Origin: an uncultured Bacilli bacterium
Lineage (GTDB): Bacteria > Bacillota_I > Bacilli_A > RFN20 > CAG-826
Direction: 5' to 3'
NCBI GenBank assembly: GCA_905236715.1
Contig: CAJOMQ010000009.1
Location: 1,562-65,561, forward strand
Length of the DNA: 64,000 bases
In this document: piece after piece, positions 19,540 to 29,080 of the stretch
Numbering within the stretch: position 1 is the first letter of the stretch
Layout of the letters: every line of letters begins with the position of its first letter
Notes under the pieces: generated by a model
What the model was told of the DNA's origin: nothing
Database searches by the model: none
The model's input: the letters and a program-made list of their open reading frames with translations, nothing else
Made by a program: the position numbers and the translations under genes

Positions 19540-20917
19540 TGGCTAATTCTCCCAGAATATTAGTTTCTTCAATGATTGGCTTATTATCAAAAGCATAGAT
19601 GGTACGACCAGTTTCTTTATCAAATAAGTGGATATTTTCCCCTTTAAAGCGCACATGAATAATGTCACCTTGACTAATAGCGGATCTTTCTTGTACGGAA
19701 ATATTAAATTCTTCTTCAGAATCCACTAATTTACAGAGAATATTGGTGGTATTGCCTAATATTTCTACGAAATTAACTTCCGCTTTTAGGTCTTTTTGGT
19801 TGTTAGTGATAGCAATATGTTCACCTCTCACACCGAGGATTAAATCGTGTGATTGGCCATCGATATAACCATTTTTGATTTCTTTTAAATCCTTTAAATT
19901 AAAAGATATTTTTTTATTATTACTTAACAATACCTCAGCGGTTTTCACTCCCGCTTGGAAAGAGATTGGGAAAGTATTCATCTGTGGGGTTCCGATAAAA
20001 CCGGCGACAAATAAATTGATTGGATTATCATATATTTCACTCGGTGTACCCACTTGTTGAATAACACCATCTTTCATAACGACAATGCGGTCACCCATCG
20101 TCATCGCTTCTACTTGGTCATGGGTCACATAAACGAATGTTGTTTGTACTTTTTTATGTAATTTGACGATTTCATTACGCATCGAGGCTCTTAATTTGGC
20201 ATCGAGGTTAGATAATGGTTCGTCTAATAAGAAAACTTTGGGGTCTCTCACTAAGGCGCGGCCTAAGGCGACACGCTGACGTTGACCACCACTCATTTCC
20301 GATGGTTTTCTATCTAAAAGGGCTTTAATATCTAAAATTTCCGCGGCCTTTTGGATTTTCTCATCAATTTCTTCTTTGGTGTAATGCACCATTTTCATCT
20401 TGATGAGGCTGGGATTATTTTTTAATTCTTGAATTTGTGCATTTAATTCATTAATCTCGTCAACCGACTGCGATTTTTTGATTTGTTTTTGTAATGAATT
20501 AATTTGATTTTTATCAACTACGTAAACAGGATTAAGTTCTTTATCTAAAACAGGTTTAGGAATTTTTCTTAATTTCAAACCATAAGCCATATTTTGGTAA
20601 GAGTTCATATGAGGATACAAGGCGTAATTTTGGAAAACCATGGCGATATCACGTTTAGAAGCATCGACATTATTTGATAAAACATCACCGATATATAATT
20701 CACCACCAGTGATATCTTCTAGTCCAGCAATCATTCTTAAAGTTGTGGATTTGCCACAGCCAGAAGGACCCACCAAAACAATAAATTCACCATCTTGAAT
20801 TTCTAAATTAAAATCTCGCACCGCAAAAGGAGAAAGTTCATTGTTTTCAATCTTTTTAGTTTCTGTTTTGCTGTGGGAGTATGCCTTATAGACATGTTTT
20901 AGTCTAATTGACGCCAT
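19529..20917 (-). CDS. ugpC: Sugar ABC transporter ATPase (MsmK/UgpC family) with an internal insertion
   Basis: GPSGCGKS, VFQNYALYPH, MSGGQRQR and LLDEPLSNLDA motifs; TOBE C-terminus. Confidence 0.92.
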   Translation of the reverse strand: MASIRLKHVYKAYSHSKTETKKIENNELSPFAVRDFNLEIQDGEFIVLVGPSGCGKSTTLRMIAGLEDITGGELYIGDVLSNNVDASKRDIAMVFQNYALYPHMNSYQNMAYGLKLRKIPKPVLDKELNPVYVVDKNQINSLQKQIKKSQSVDEINELNAQIQELKNNPSLIKMKMVHYTKEEIDEKIQKAAEILDIKALLDRKPSEMSGGQRQRVALGRALVRDPKVFLLDEPLSNLDAKLRASMRNEIVKLHKKVQTTFVYVTHDQVEAMTMGDRIVVMKDGVIQQVGTPSEIYDNPINLFVAGFIGTPQMNTFPISFQAGVKTAEVLLSNNKKISFNLKDLKEIKNGYIDGQSHDLILGVRGEHIAITNNQKDLKAEVNFVEILGNTTNILCKLVDSEEEFNISVQERSAISQGDIIHVRFKGENIHLFDKETGRTIYAFDNKPIIEETNILGELANEE

Positions 20918-20935
20918 AGGGATTCCTCAACTCTC

Positions 20936-20984
20936 ATGGAAACGTTTCCATAAATATTGTTGACCCTTTGACCGCTAAAGTCAA
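20936..20984 (-). promoter_or_regulatory. Fructan operon promoter (TTGACT-17-AACAAT) with LacI operator ATGGAAACGTTTCCAT at 20936-20951
   Basis: 16-bp perfect palindrome just downstream of the -10; -35 at 20979-20984, -10 at 20956-20961. Confidence 0.75.
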
Positions 20985-21066
20985 TATTTTTATAGAAAAT
21001 AGGCCCCACTCACTAACGTGATATAGAAGCCTATTTTTGCGAAATATTTTGATGTAAACAATTAAT

Positions 21067-22830
21067 TTACGAAATAGTGACGGAATTAGAACTTTGGTTC
21101 CAAGATAGAACAGTGCTATCGGAACGGGATAAGGTGTAAGTTGCATTTTTCACTAACGAAGAAGAATAGATAAGGAAACTTCCGTAAACATAATCATTAG
21201 TAAAACTAATATCTAATCCATCGCCCGATAAAGTGTAATTACCCGCGGCTAAAGATACACTACTAGCATCGATTAAATGACCGGGGCCACCAGGACCACC
21301 AGGACCTCCACTACCTTGGCTACTAGAGCTAGCGGTGGCGGCATATAAAACATTGCTATTAGTGGATGGTGATCTTTCTAAACCATTAAAGGCAATGAGG
21401 GTACCACCCGTCATTGAACAAGCACCATCGACATCGAGGCCAGTCGACATGTTACTACCCATTGTGCCTGGTGAGCCTCTAGTGATAATAACACCACCAG
21501 AAATGGTGACGCTACCATTGCTATCAATGCCATCAGTATCACCATTACTGACTGCGACATCTAAATAACCACCGGTGATTGTTAAAGCGCAGTCTGAGAA
21601 AGACTTTTTGGAACAGTTAACACCATCATCACTGCCATATATGTAGGAATATCCGCCATTGATATTGATATAATTGCCTTCAAAACCTTCGACAGCACCA
21701 GTGACCACGATTTTGCCATCGTTGATGGTGAGAGTATTATCAGCGTGTAGACCATCATCACCACTAGCGACTTGGATTAAACCACCATTAATGGTGATAT
21801 TACCTGTGCCACTACTACCATTTTCTAAAGCAATGCCATAATTAGCGTGAATAGCGTCATCACTAGCGCCGATGACAATCGTACCATTATTGATGATGAT
21901 ATCATTTTGGGCTTTCAAACCTTTTTCACTATCGGCCACAAATGTTGATTTGCTGTAATAAGTGGCATTTGTGCCGGTTTTTATTGATAAAGAGGTGGGA
22001 ACTTCATCATCTAATTGATCAATTTCCACATTATAAGAAGCATCAATCGCATCATGTAAGGAATCAACATAGACAGTACCACCATTAATGGCAATGGTAC
22101 CTTTTTGTTTGCCTTTGCTAGTTAAATCACTATCTTCACTTTTTAAGCCGTTACCAGTTTTGGCGTAAGCTTGTACTGTACCAGAGGTAATTGTAATGCT
22201 GTTATTTCCCTTGATTGCGTTATTATAACCAGTAATTTTAGTGGTTAATTTTTGGATAGTTAAATCTTTAGAAGTATGGACACCATTATTGTAATTACCA
22301 GTGATAACAAGAACACCACTACCTTTTAATTTCAAATCTGTTTTCGCATAGATGGCCCCTTCACCTTGACCGTCCACGTCAGTGACTTTAGCGCTTCGAT
22401 TATCAGTAATAGTGTTTTCACTACCTTTTTTCGCGGATATTTCTAATTTGTCCGCGGTTAGAGCTTTTATTGGGGAATCTTGATCATAATTGATCGTGGC
22501 GCCATCTAATTCTAAAACCACTTCATCATCTTCGCCGGCGGAAACGAGAATTTGTCCTTCTAATTTGCCACTCGCGGTATATGTGCCCGCACTGGTAATT
22601 GTGTAGATATTATCATCAACAGTAAAAGCACCATCTTCCGTGGTTAAAACAAATTCACCAGTATTTTCTTCGGGAGAAATATCTTCAGGATCATCAACAG
22701 AAATAGATGTATTGTAATCATAATTAGAACCATAATCTTCCTCACTAATAGAGCTAGTTTCAGTTCTATTACAACCAGCAAGCGCCAATAATGATAAAGC
22801 TGATAAGACTAATAAAACTTTCTTTTTCAT
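21067..22830 (-). CDS. Lipoprotein with Cthe_2159-like (DUF4353) beta-helix carbohydrate-binding domain
   Basis: LAGC lipobox; repeated DAIHA/DGLHA/DGIDSNG and ITINGG motifs; GGPGGPGG linker. Confidence 0.85.
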   Translation of the reverse strand: MKKKVLLVLSALSLLALAGCNRTETSSISEEDYGSNYDYNTSISVDDPEDISPEENTGEFVLTTEDGAFTVDDNIYTITSAGTYTASGKLEGQILVSAGEDDEVVLELDGATINYDQDSPIKALTADKLEISAKKGSENTITDNRSAKVTDVDGQGEGAIYAKTDLKLKGSGVLVITGNYNNGVHTSKDLTIQKLTTKITGYNNAIKGNNSITITSGTVQAYAKTGNGLKSEDSDLTSKGKQKGTIAINGGTVYVDSLHDAIDASYNVEIDQLDDEVPTSLSIKTGTNATYYSKSTFVADSEKGLKAQNDIIINNGTIVIGASDDAIHANYGIALENGSSGTGNITINGGLIQVASGDDGLHADNTLTINDGKIVVTGAVEGFEGNYININGGYSYIYGSDDGVNCSKKSFSDCALTITGGYLDVAVSNGDTDGIDSNGSVTISGGVIITRGSPGTMGSNMSTGLDVDGACSMTGGTLIAFNGLERSPSTNSNVLYAATASSSSQGSGGPGGPGGPGHLIDASSVSLAAGNYTLSGDGLDISFTNDYVYGSFLIYSSSLVKNATYTLSRSDSTVLSWNQSSNSVTIS

Positions 22831-23174
22831 AACTATTCAACCTCCTTTTTTAATCACATAAGGTAATAACGTTAGTGTTTGAAATTAATGTATCTAAAAT
22901 ATAAAGCAATTTAACCGCAAATGTAATACAAATAATTATTTGTTTGCTTTAAATTTTAGAAAAAATAATAATGCATTTCTCCTTTATTTAATTAGTGTTT
23001 TCAACGATTTTCATCGATGAGTTCGATATATTTTTATCTTCTTATTACTAAAAAATAATTTAAAAATTTAACCTTTTATCCATGAAAATATTTTTTAAAA
23101 ATGTTGGTAATGCGAAAATAAAAAGCCTCTTTCCAAAGATGAGGATTGAGGCAATTGTTAATTCTTTTTAGGGA

Positions 23175-24287
23175 TTATTTTTCGAATTCTTGTGCGACTT
23201 CTTCTAATAATTGACGAATCGGAAGATGTTGTGGGCAAATGTTTTCACATCTTCCACATTTGATGCATTCACTGGCTTTACCTTTATTTGCAGTGTGGAC
23301 ATTATGATAATAATATCCAGCATTCCAATCATGGAAAATGCGACGTGAATTCATGCAGGCAAATAAATCAGGAATAGAAATATGTTTAGGACAGCCATCA
23401 ACACAATAACGGCAGGCTGTGCAATTTATCATATTAGTGTCACGAATAGTCGCGGCGATTTGTTCACATAGATGGAATTCATCTTCATTAAGTGGTTGAA
23501 AATCTTTCATAATCGAAATATTTTCTTCCATTTGATTAAAAGCGCTCATACCAGAAAGCACCATTAAGACATTTTTTGGTGTCGCCGCAAAGCGGAGAGC
23601 TAAATTCGCGGGAGATAATTGTTTTTCTTTTAATAATTGTTGTCCTTTTTCAGGAAGGTTAATGAGGCTACCACCTTTAATAGGTTCCATAATGAGGACA
23701 CGTTTATCATATTTAACGCAGACGTCATAACATTTCTTTGATTGAATTGAAACATCATCGTAATCGAGGTAATTATATTGGATTTGCACGACTTCAATTT
23801 GCGGATATTCTTGTAATATTTGTTCTAATACATCCGCGGTATCGTGGAAAGAAATACCAAAATGACGGATTTTTCCTTCTTCTAATAATTTCAGCGCGGT
23901 TTCATAAGCATGACATTTTTTAAAATGTTGGAAAACCAATCTATTTTGTGCGTGCATCAAATAAAAATCAAAATAAGGAACTCCACACGCTTCTAATTGA
24001 GCATTAAATAAAGGAATTATATCTTCTTCTTTGTTGAAAAAATTACCTGTTAATTTATTGGTTAATAAATAAGATTCACGAGGGTAACGAGAAGACAAGC
24101 ATTCTTTGACCGCTTTTTCACTGAGGCCACGAATATAACCATGCGCAGTATCAAAATAATTGAAACCATTTTTTAAGAAGAGATCCACCATGTCTTTCAC
24201 TTGGGGAATATCAACTTCTTCACCCACCATCGGTAAGCGCATTAATCCAAATGCTAATCTTTTTTTAATTTCGGGAAATTCTTTCAT
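23175..24287 (-). CDS. Aldo/keto reductase with C-terminal 4Fe-4S domain
   Basis: FGLMRLP, YFDTAHGY and IMEPIKGG motifs; CTACRYC...CP and CIKCGRCENICP. Confidence 0.92.
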   Translation of the reverse strand: MKEFPEIKKRLAFGLMRLPMVGEEVDIPQVKDMVDLFLKNGFNYFDTAHGYIRGLSEKAVKECLSSRYPRESYLLTNKLTGNFFNKEEDIIPLFNAQLEACGVPYFDFYLMHAQNRLVFQHFKKCHAYETALKLLEEGKIRHFGISFHDTADVLEQILQEYPQIEVVQIQYNYLDYDDVSIQSKKCYDVCVKYDKRVLIMEPIKGGSLINLPEKGQQLLKEKQLSPANLALRFAATPKNVLMVLSGMSAFNQMEENISIMKDFQPLNEDEFHLCEQIAATIRDTNMINCTACRYCVDGCPKHISIPDLFACMNSRRIFHDWNAGYYYHNVHTANKGKASECIKCGRCENICPQHLPIRQLLEEVAQEFEK

Positions 24288-24288
24288 A

Positions 24289-25419
24289 TTATTTATGCCA
24301 AATCTCCTTATTAACTATTTCAATTTTATCTTTGATATGTTGAACAACGCGAGATGAAACATCGACGACATCATAATTTTCGGGTGTGGAAGCAAATTTA
24401 TAACGTAATAATTCGCTTTCAATCGCAAGCATTATTCCTTGTTTATCAATCCCAGAAACAACAATACTACCCGCTTCCACACCTTCGGGTCTTTCCGTAG
24501 AAGTACGAATTAAGACCGCAGGGAAATGACGCATCGCACTTTCTTCGGTTAAAGTGCCACTATCGCTGAGAACAATAAAAGCATTTTCTTGTAATTTGAC
24601 ATATTCTAAAAAGCCAAGTGGTTTGAGATTTCTAATTAATGGATGCATTTTAAATTCATTGGCCTCAATTCTTTTTCTCGTTCTTGGATGAGTGGAGAAA
24701 ATGACAGGCATTTGATATTTTTCCGCAATCGCGTTAATCGCGGGCATCAATTGGTTAAAATTGTTGGGGATATCAATGTTTTCTTCTCTATGAGAAGAGA
24801 CAACAATATATTTACCTTTTTGTAAATTTAATTGTTCCAATACATCACTTTTTTCAATTTTATCGTTATTCGCATTTAAGACTTCTAACATCGGTGAACC
24901 GGTGATGAAAGTATATTGAGGATCAATGCCTTCTTTCATTAAATTAGCATAGGCATGATTAGTGTAAGGAAGATTGATATCAGAAATATGATCCACAATT
25001 TTGCGATTGATGGTTTCAGGAACATTCCAGTCACCACATCTATTACCCGCTTCCATGTGGAAGATTGGTAATTTTAATCTTTTCGCGGAAATCGCACAAA
25101 GCGCACTATTGGTGTCACCGAGAATTAAAACCGCATCGGGGTTTAATTCCTTTAATAATGAATAAGATTTAGCAATCGCATTACCAATCGTTTCACCTAA
25201 ATCTTTGCCGGCACAATTTAAATAATAATCAGGGGCTCTCAGCTCTAATTCTTCAAAGAAGACTTGATTTAATTCATAATCATAATTTTGCCCGGTGTGG
25301 ACAAGGATGTGATTAATTTCTTCATCTTTATCTAAAGCTTTGATGACTTCACTTAAACGAATAATTTCGGGGCGTGTACCAATGATGGTCACCACTTTGA
25401 TTTTCTTTTTGGTTTTCAT
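24289..25419 (-). CDS. wecB: UDP-N-acetylglucosamine 2-epimerase family, FnlC/CapG/WbjD type
   Basis: GTRPEIIRLS, HTGQNYDYELN, HMEAGNR, SDSGT and ERPEG motifs; lies with fnlA/fnlB. Confidence 0.9.
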   Translation of the reverse strand: MKTKKKIKVVTIIGTRPEIIRLSEVIKALDKDEEINHILVHTGQNYDYELNQVFFEELELRAPDYYLNCAGKDLGETIGNAIAKSYSLLKELNPDAVLILGDTNSALCAISAKRLKLPIFHMEAGNRCGDWNVPETINRKIVDHISDINLPYTNHAYANLMKEGIDPQYTFITGSPMLEVLNANNDKIEKSDVLEQLNLQKGKYIVVSSHREENIDIPNNFNQLMPAINAIAEKYQMPVIFSTHPRTRKRIEANEFKMHPLIRNLKPLGFLEYVKLQENAFIVLSDSGTLTEESAMRHFPAVLIRTSTERPEGVEAGSIVVSGIDKQGIMLAIESELLRYKFASTPENYDVVDVSSRVVQHIKDKIEIVNKEIWHK

Positions 25420-25423
25420 CTAT

Positions 25424-26659
25424 TTATTCCTCATCACTATCGGTTAAATCGATGGCTTGTCTTTCCTCATCCAAAGATGAATTTGATGAAATCGCGTCAA
25501 ATTTGTTATTAATACGGTTAAAACGAGAATCGAGTTTTTCTCTGGTTCCGGTGACCGTTGATAATTGACGGGAGAAAGTGGTCCATTCATCGTTAAATAA
25601 TCTAAATTGTTTGCCTAAGGCTACTAATTGTTTGGATATTTCTTGGACATTTTTGGCTCTTTCGGCTTCAATTTTTACCATATTAATAGTCACTAAAATA
25701 GGCGGTAAGGTGGAAGGGGAAGTTAAGACCACACCTTTTTCACGGGAATAATCCACGACTTCTTCTAAATCGTGGTGAATATAGGCAAATACCCCATCAT
25801 TAGGGATAAACATAATGGCATAGGCCGCGGTTTTGCCGGGGATAATATATTTATTTTTGATATCAGTGATATGTTTTTTCACCGCGTTAGCGAAATTCTT
25901 TTTGAGGGTTTCTTTTTCGTTTTCATCTTGGCTATCAAACATCCTTGAATAATCTTGGAAAGGGAATTTGGAATCAATACAAATTAATTTGTTTGGTTCG
26001 GGAACAAATACCACAGCGTCTGCACGGACATCATCACCATCTTTGACTTTTTTCAAAGTATATTGTTCTTCGTAGCAGCCAATCGTATCACCAAAGACAT
26101 TATTGAGCACCATGGATAATTGATATTCACCATAACGCCCACGGCTTTGATTACCTTCTAAGACATTCTTTAATGAAACAACGTCTTTAGATAAGTCTTC
26201 AATATTCTTTTGTGCGGCATCAATGGCCTGTAATCTTTCTCTGACTTGGGTGAGAGTTTCTCCGGTCCCTTTAAAGCCTTCCGCTAATTTGTCATCAACT
26301 TTTTGATTAATCGCGGCTAATTTATCATCGATTTGCTTATTTAAAGCATCAAAACGAGTATTGATGGAATCGGAAATATTCCTTTGGAATCTCTCTAATT
26401 TTTCATTGTTATTTTCACTATTTTTCAAAGATTGCTCTAAGACTTTTTGCATTTCTTGTCCTAAGGCAATTTGCATATCTTTTTGAATATCTTTTGAAAG
26501 ATTATTTAATTGGGTGGATAAAGCGATGATTTCTTTATTATCGACTGGTAATTCTTTCTCGTTCTTCTTATTTAAATTTTTGATTAATAAAATAATAGCG
26601 ATAATTAAACCGACAAAAATTAATGAACATAAGACGATGATAATAACAGTTTCTACCAT
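25424..26659 (-). CDS. rmuC: DNA recombination protein RmuC
   Basis: N-terminal TM and coiled coil, then RGRYGEYQL...DAVV...IDSKFP...KYI...MFIP...SPSTL. Confidence 0.92.
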   Translation of the reverse strand: MVETVIIIVLCSLIFVGLIIAIILLIKNLNKKNEKELPVDNKEIIALSTQLNNLSKDIQKDMQIALGQEMQKVLEQSLKNSENNNEKLERFQRNISDSINTRFDALNKQIDDKLAAINQKVDDKLAEGFKGTGETLTQVRERLQAIDAAQKNIEDLSKDVVSLKNVLEGNQSRGRYGEYQLSMVLNNVFGDTIGCYEEQYTLKKVKDGDDVRADAVVFVPEPNKLICIDSKFPFQDYSRMFDSQDENEKETLKKNFANAVKKHITDIKNKYIIPGKTAAYAIMFIPNDGVFAYIHHDLEEVVDYSREKGVVLTSPSTLPPILVTINMVKIEAERAKNVQEISKQLVALGKQFRLFNDEWTTFSRQLSTVTGTREKLDSRFNRINNKFDAISSNSSLDEERQAIDLTDSDEE

Positions 26660-26673
26660 AAATGATTCTCCTT

Positions 26674-27771
26674 TTATTTATCCACTTCTTCTTTATATGT
26701 ATCAGCGGTCTCCTCTTGATAGATATGACTAATCCACATAATCGTGACACTATTCGTGGACCCAATATTTTCAATATTATGGGTATATTCAGGAAGCATA
26801 TCAACAATTTGACAGTCTTCTCCTTTAACATTATATGTTAATAATTCATTCGTGTGAATATTTCTTTCTTTAATTAAACAATGTCCTACGACTGTCATAA
26901 ATTTTTCATTCTTATAAAGGTGATAATGATTGCCTTTAACAATATGAGGATAAGACATATTGATACTTATTTGACCATATTTTTCATTTTTATAAATTTC
27001 TTGGAAATAGCCACGATTATCTTTGGCTTTATTCAAAGAATAAGTGGGATCAGTTAAATAATCGCAGAAGGTGATGAATAATTTCAAAGTAAAATCATCC
27101 TTAATAAGGGGGAGATGTTGTTCGCTTTCGATGTCTTTTTTGAATCGATATAATTCATCTGCAAGGTGGCCCAATGAACACTGAAAGACGGGTGTAACGG
27201 ATAAAATTTCATTTGATGGTTTTCGATTTCCTTTAATACATTGGAGAAATTCCAAACAAATATCATCAATATAATTGAAATTAACGATGTAATCGCGATC
27301 GCGAATTTGAATGGGTAAATCATGAGCGATGTTATAGCAAAATGTCGCACAGACAGAATTGTAATTGGGGCGGCACCATTTGCCAAAGACGTTGGCTAAA
27401 CGATAAACATATACAGGTAAATGCGAAGAAAATAGATAGTCTTCCGCCATCTTTTTGCTCTTCCCATAATCATTATCTAAACTAGCTTGAATGGAACTAG
27501 ATAAGATGATGGGTATTTCTCTATTACTGGCTTTGACCATATCCACGACTTTTTTGGTGAAATTGACATTGCCGTCATAAAATTCTTCATTTGTCAAAGG
27601 ACGATTGACACCCGCAAGATGAACAAGAAAATCACATTTATTGATATATTCTTTTAGCAAAGAAATATCATCATCAATATCAAAAGGTAAAACATCATAT
27701 CCTTCTTCTTTTAATAAAGAAGTGAGATGCTTTCCAATAAATCCTTTTGCGCCTGTGACTAATATTTGCAT
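26674..27771 (-). CDS. fnlB: NAD-dependent epimerase/reductase with C-terminal cupin, FnlB/CapF/WbjC type
   Basis: TGAKGFIG, HLAGVNRP, YGKSK, NVFGKWCRPNYNS, cupin GNHYH...E.F. Confidence 0.88.
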   Translation of the reverse strand: MQILVTGAKGFIGKHLTSLLKEEGYDVLPFDIDDDISLLKEYINKCDFLVHLAGVNRPLTNEEFYDGNVNFTKKVVDMVKASNREIPIILSSSIQASLDNDYGKSKKMAEDYLFSSHLPVYVYRLANVFGKWCRPNYNSVCATFCYNIAHDLPIQIRDRDYIVNFNYIDDICLEFLQCIKGNRKPSNEILSVTPVFQCSLGHLADELYRFKKDIESEQHLPLIKDDFTLKLFITFCDYLTDPTYSLNKAKDNRGYFQEIYKNEKYGQISINMSYPHIVKGNHYHLYKNEKFMTVVGHCLIKERNIHTNELLTYNVKGEDCQIVDMLPEYTHNIENIGSTNSVTIMWISHIYQEETADTYKEEVDK

Positions 27772-27782
27772 ATATATCCTTA

Positions 27783-28976
27783 TTATTCGTGTTGTCTAAC
27801 TGGTCCACCAAATAATTCTAATTTCTTTAAAAGAGTTTTCATCTCTTCGACATTTAAACGACCCGTATTATGGGAGGTATAAGATTCACCAAGATTGAGT
27901 TTTTTATTACCTTTGGAGAAATATTTATCGTAATTTAAATCGCGATTATCAGCGATGACGCGATAGAAATTACCACAGTCAATAGCTCTTACCATCTCTT
28001 CTTGTGTCACTAAGGTCTCATATAATTTCTCACCATGACGGGTACCGATATATTCAATGCCGGTTTTACTATTGGTTAATTCAATGACTGCTTTCGCTAA
28101 GGTATCAATGGTGGCCGCGGGGGCTTTTTGTACGAATAAGTCACCTTGTTCACCATTTTCAAAAGCGTATAAAACTAAATCCACGGCATCATCTAGAGTC
28201 ATCATAAATCTTGTCATATCAGGATTAGTGATGGTAATAGGTTTACCTTCATGAATTTGATTTAAAAATAAGGGGATAACACTACCACGACTAGCCATCA
28301 CATTCCCATATCTAGTGAGGCAAAGAATCGTGTCTCCTGGTAATAATTGGCGACTTCTCGCAATCACATTTTTTTCCATCAAAGCTTTGCTTATGCCCAT
28401 CGCATTAATGGGGTAAGCCGCTTTATCGGTGGATAAGAAGATGGCCTTTTTAACATGATTTCGTACACAAGCGGTGATGACATTATCACTACCAATGACG
28501 TTAGTTCTGACCGCTTCCATGGGATAAAACTCACAAGAAGGAACTTGTTTTAAAGCCGCGGCGGAAAAGACATAATCAACACCTTTAAAAGCGTCGATAA
28601 TGCTATCGAGATTACGGACATCACCAATATAGAATTTTAATTTGTCATTATTATAAGCCTTACGCATATCATCTTGTTTCTTTTCGTCACGCGATAAAAT
28701 GCGGATTTCTTTGATTTCGGTATCTAAAAAGCGATCGACAACCGCGTGACCAAAACTACCGGTGCCACCAGTGATGAGTAAGACTTTATCTTTGAGAATA
28801 GAAGTTTGTTTGCTCGCGTATTCATTGAGCTTTTCAATCATTCTTTCTAATTTCAATTGATCCGCTTTGGTTTCATCTAATTCATAAGCCACATAGGTGC
28901 GATTTGACATACCAATGACTTTCGCGGCTTCACTTTGTGTTAATTTACATTTTTTGCGTGTTTCTCTTAATGTCAT
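27783..28976 (-). CDS. fnlA: XRE-HTH fused to UDP-GlcNAc 4,6-dehydratase/5-epimerase (FnlA/CapE/WbjB type)
   Basis: Residues ~1-55 LRETRKKCKLTQSEAAKVIGMSNRTYVAYE (HTH_3), then ITGGTGSFG, SRDEKKQDDMR, AAALKQVPSCE, STDKA and RYGNVMASRGSVIP. Confidence 0.9.
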   Translation of the reverse strand: MTLRETRKKCKLTQSEAAKVIGMSNRTYVAYELDETKADQLKLERMIEKLNEYASKQTSILKDKVLLITGGTGSFGHAVVDRFLDTEIKEIRILSRDEKKQDDMRKAYNNDKLKFYIGDVRNLDSIIDAFKGVDYVFSAAALKQVPSCEFYPMEAVRTNVIGSDNVITACVRNHVKKAIFLSTDKAAYPINAMGISKALMEKNVIARSRQLLPGDTILCLTRYGNVMASRGSVIPLFLNQIHEGKPITITNPDMTRFMMTLDDAVDLVLYAFENGEQGDLFVQKAPAATIDTLAKAVIELTNSKTGIEYIGTRHGEKLYETLVTQEEMVRAIDCGNFYRVIADNRDLNYDKYFSKGNKKLNLGESYTSHNTGRLNVEEMKTLLKKLELFGGPVRQHE

Positions 28977-29036
28977 AAGAAATACCTCTTTACCTTTATA
29001 ATATATTATTAAAAGGATTTATAAGTAAATGAAAAT

Positions 29037-29051
29037 ATGCAAATATTGCAT
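29037..29051. promoter_or_regulatory. Palindrome ATGCAA-ATA-TTGCAT, putative XRE operator
   Basis: Perfect 6-3-6 dyad 61-75 nt upstream of the XRE-fnlA start. Confidence 0.6.
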
Positions 29052-29080
29052 TTTTATGTAACTAGATATATTGAGTATTT

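Noticed and set aside
21280-21312. GC-rich short tandem repeat GGACCACCA
   Set aside because: It encodes the GGPGGPGG linker common in this protein family.
22928-22943. Perfect 16-bp palindrome ACAAATAATTATTTGT upstream of the Cthe_2159-like gene
   Set aside because: Single, very AT-rich, with no adjacent regulator or second copy seen; could be chance.
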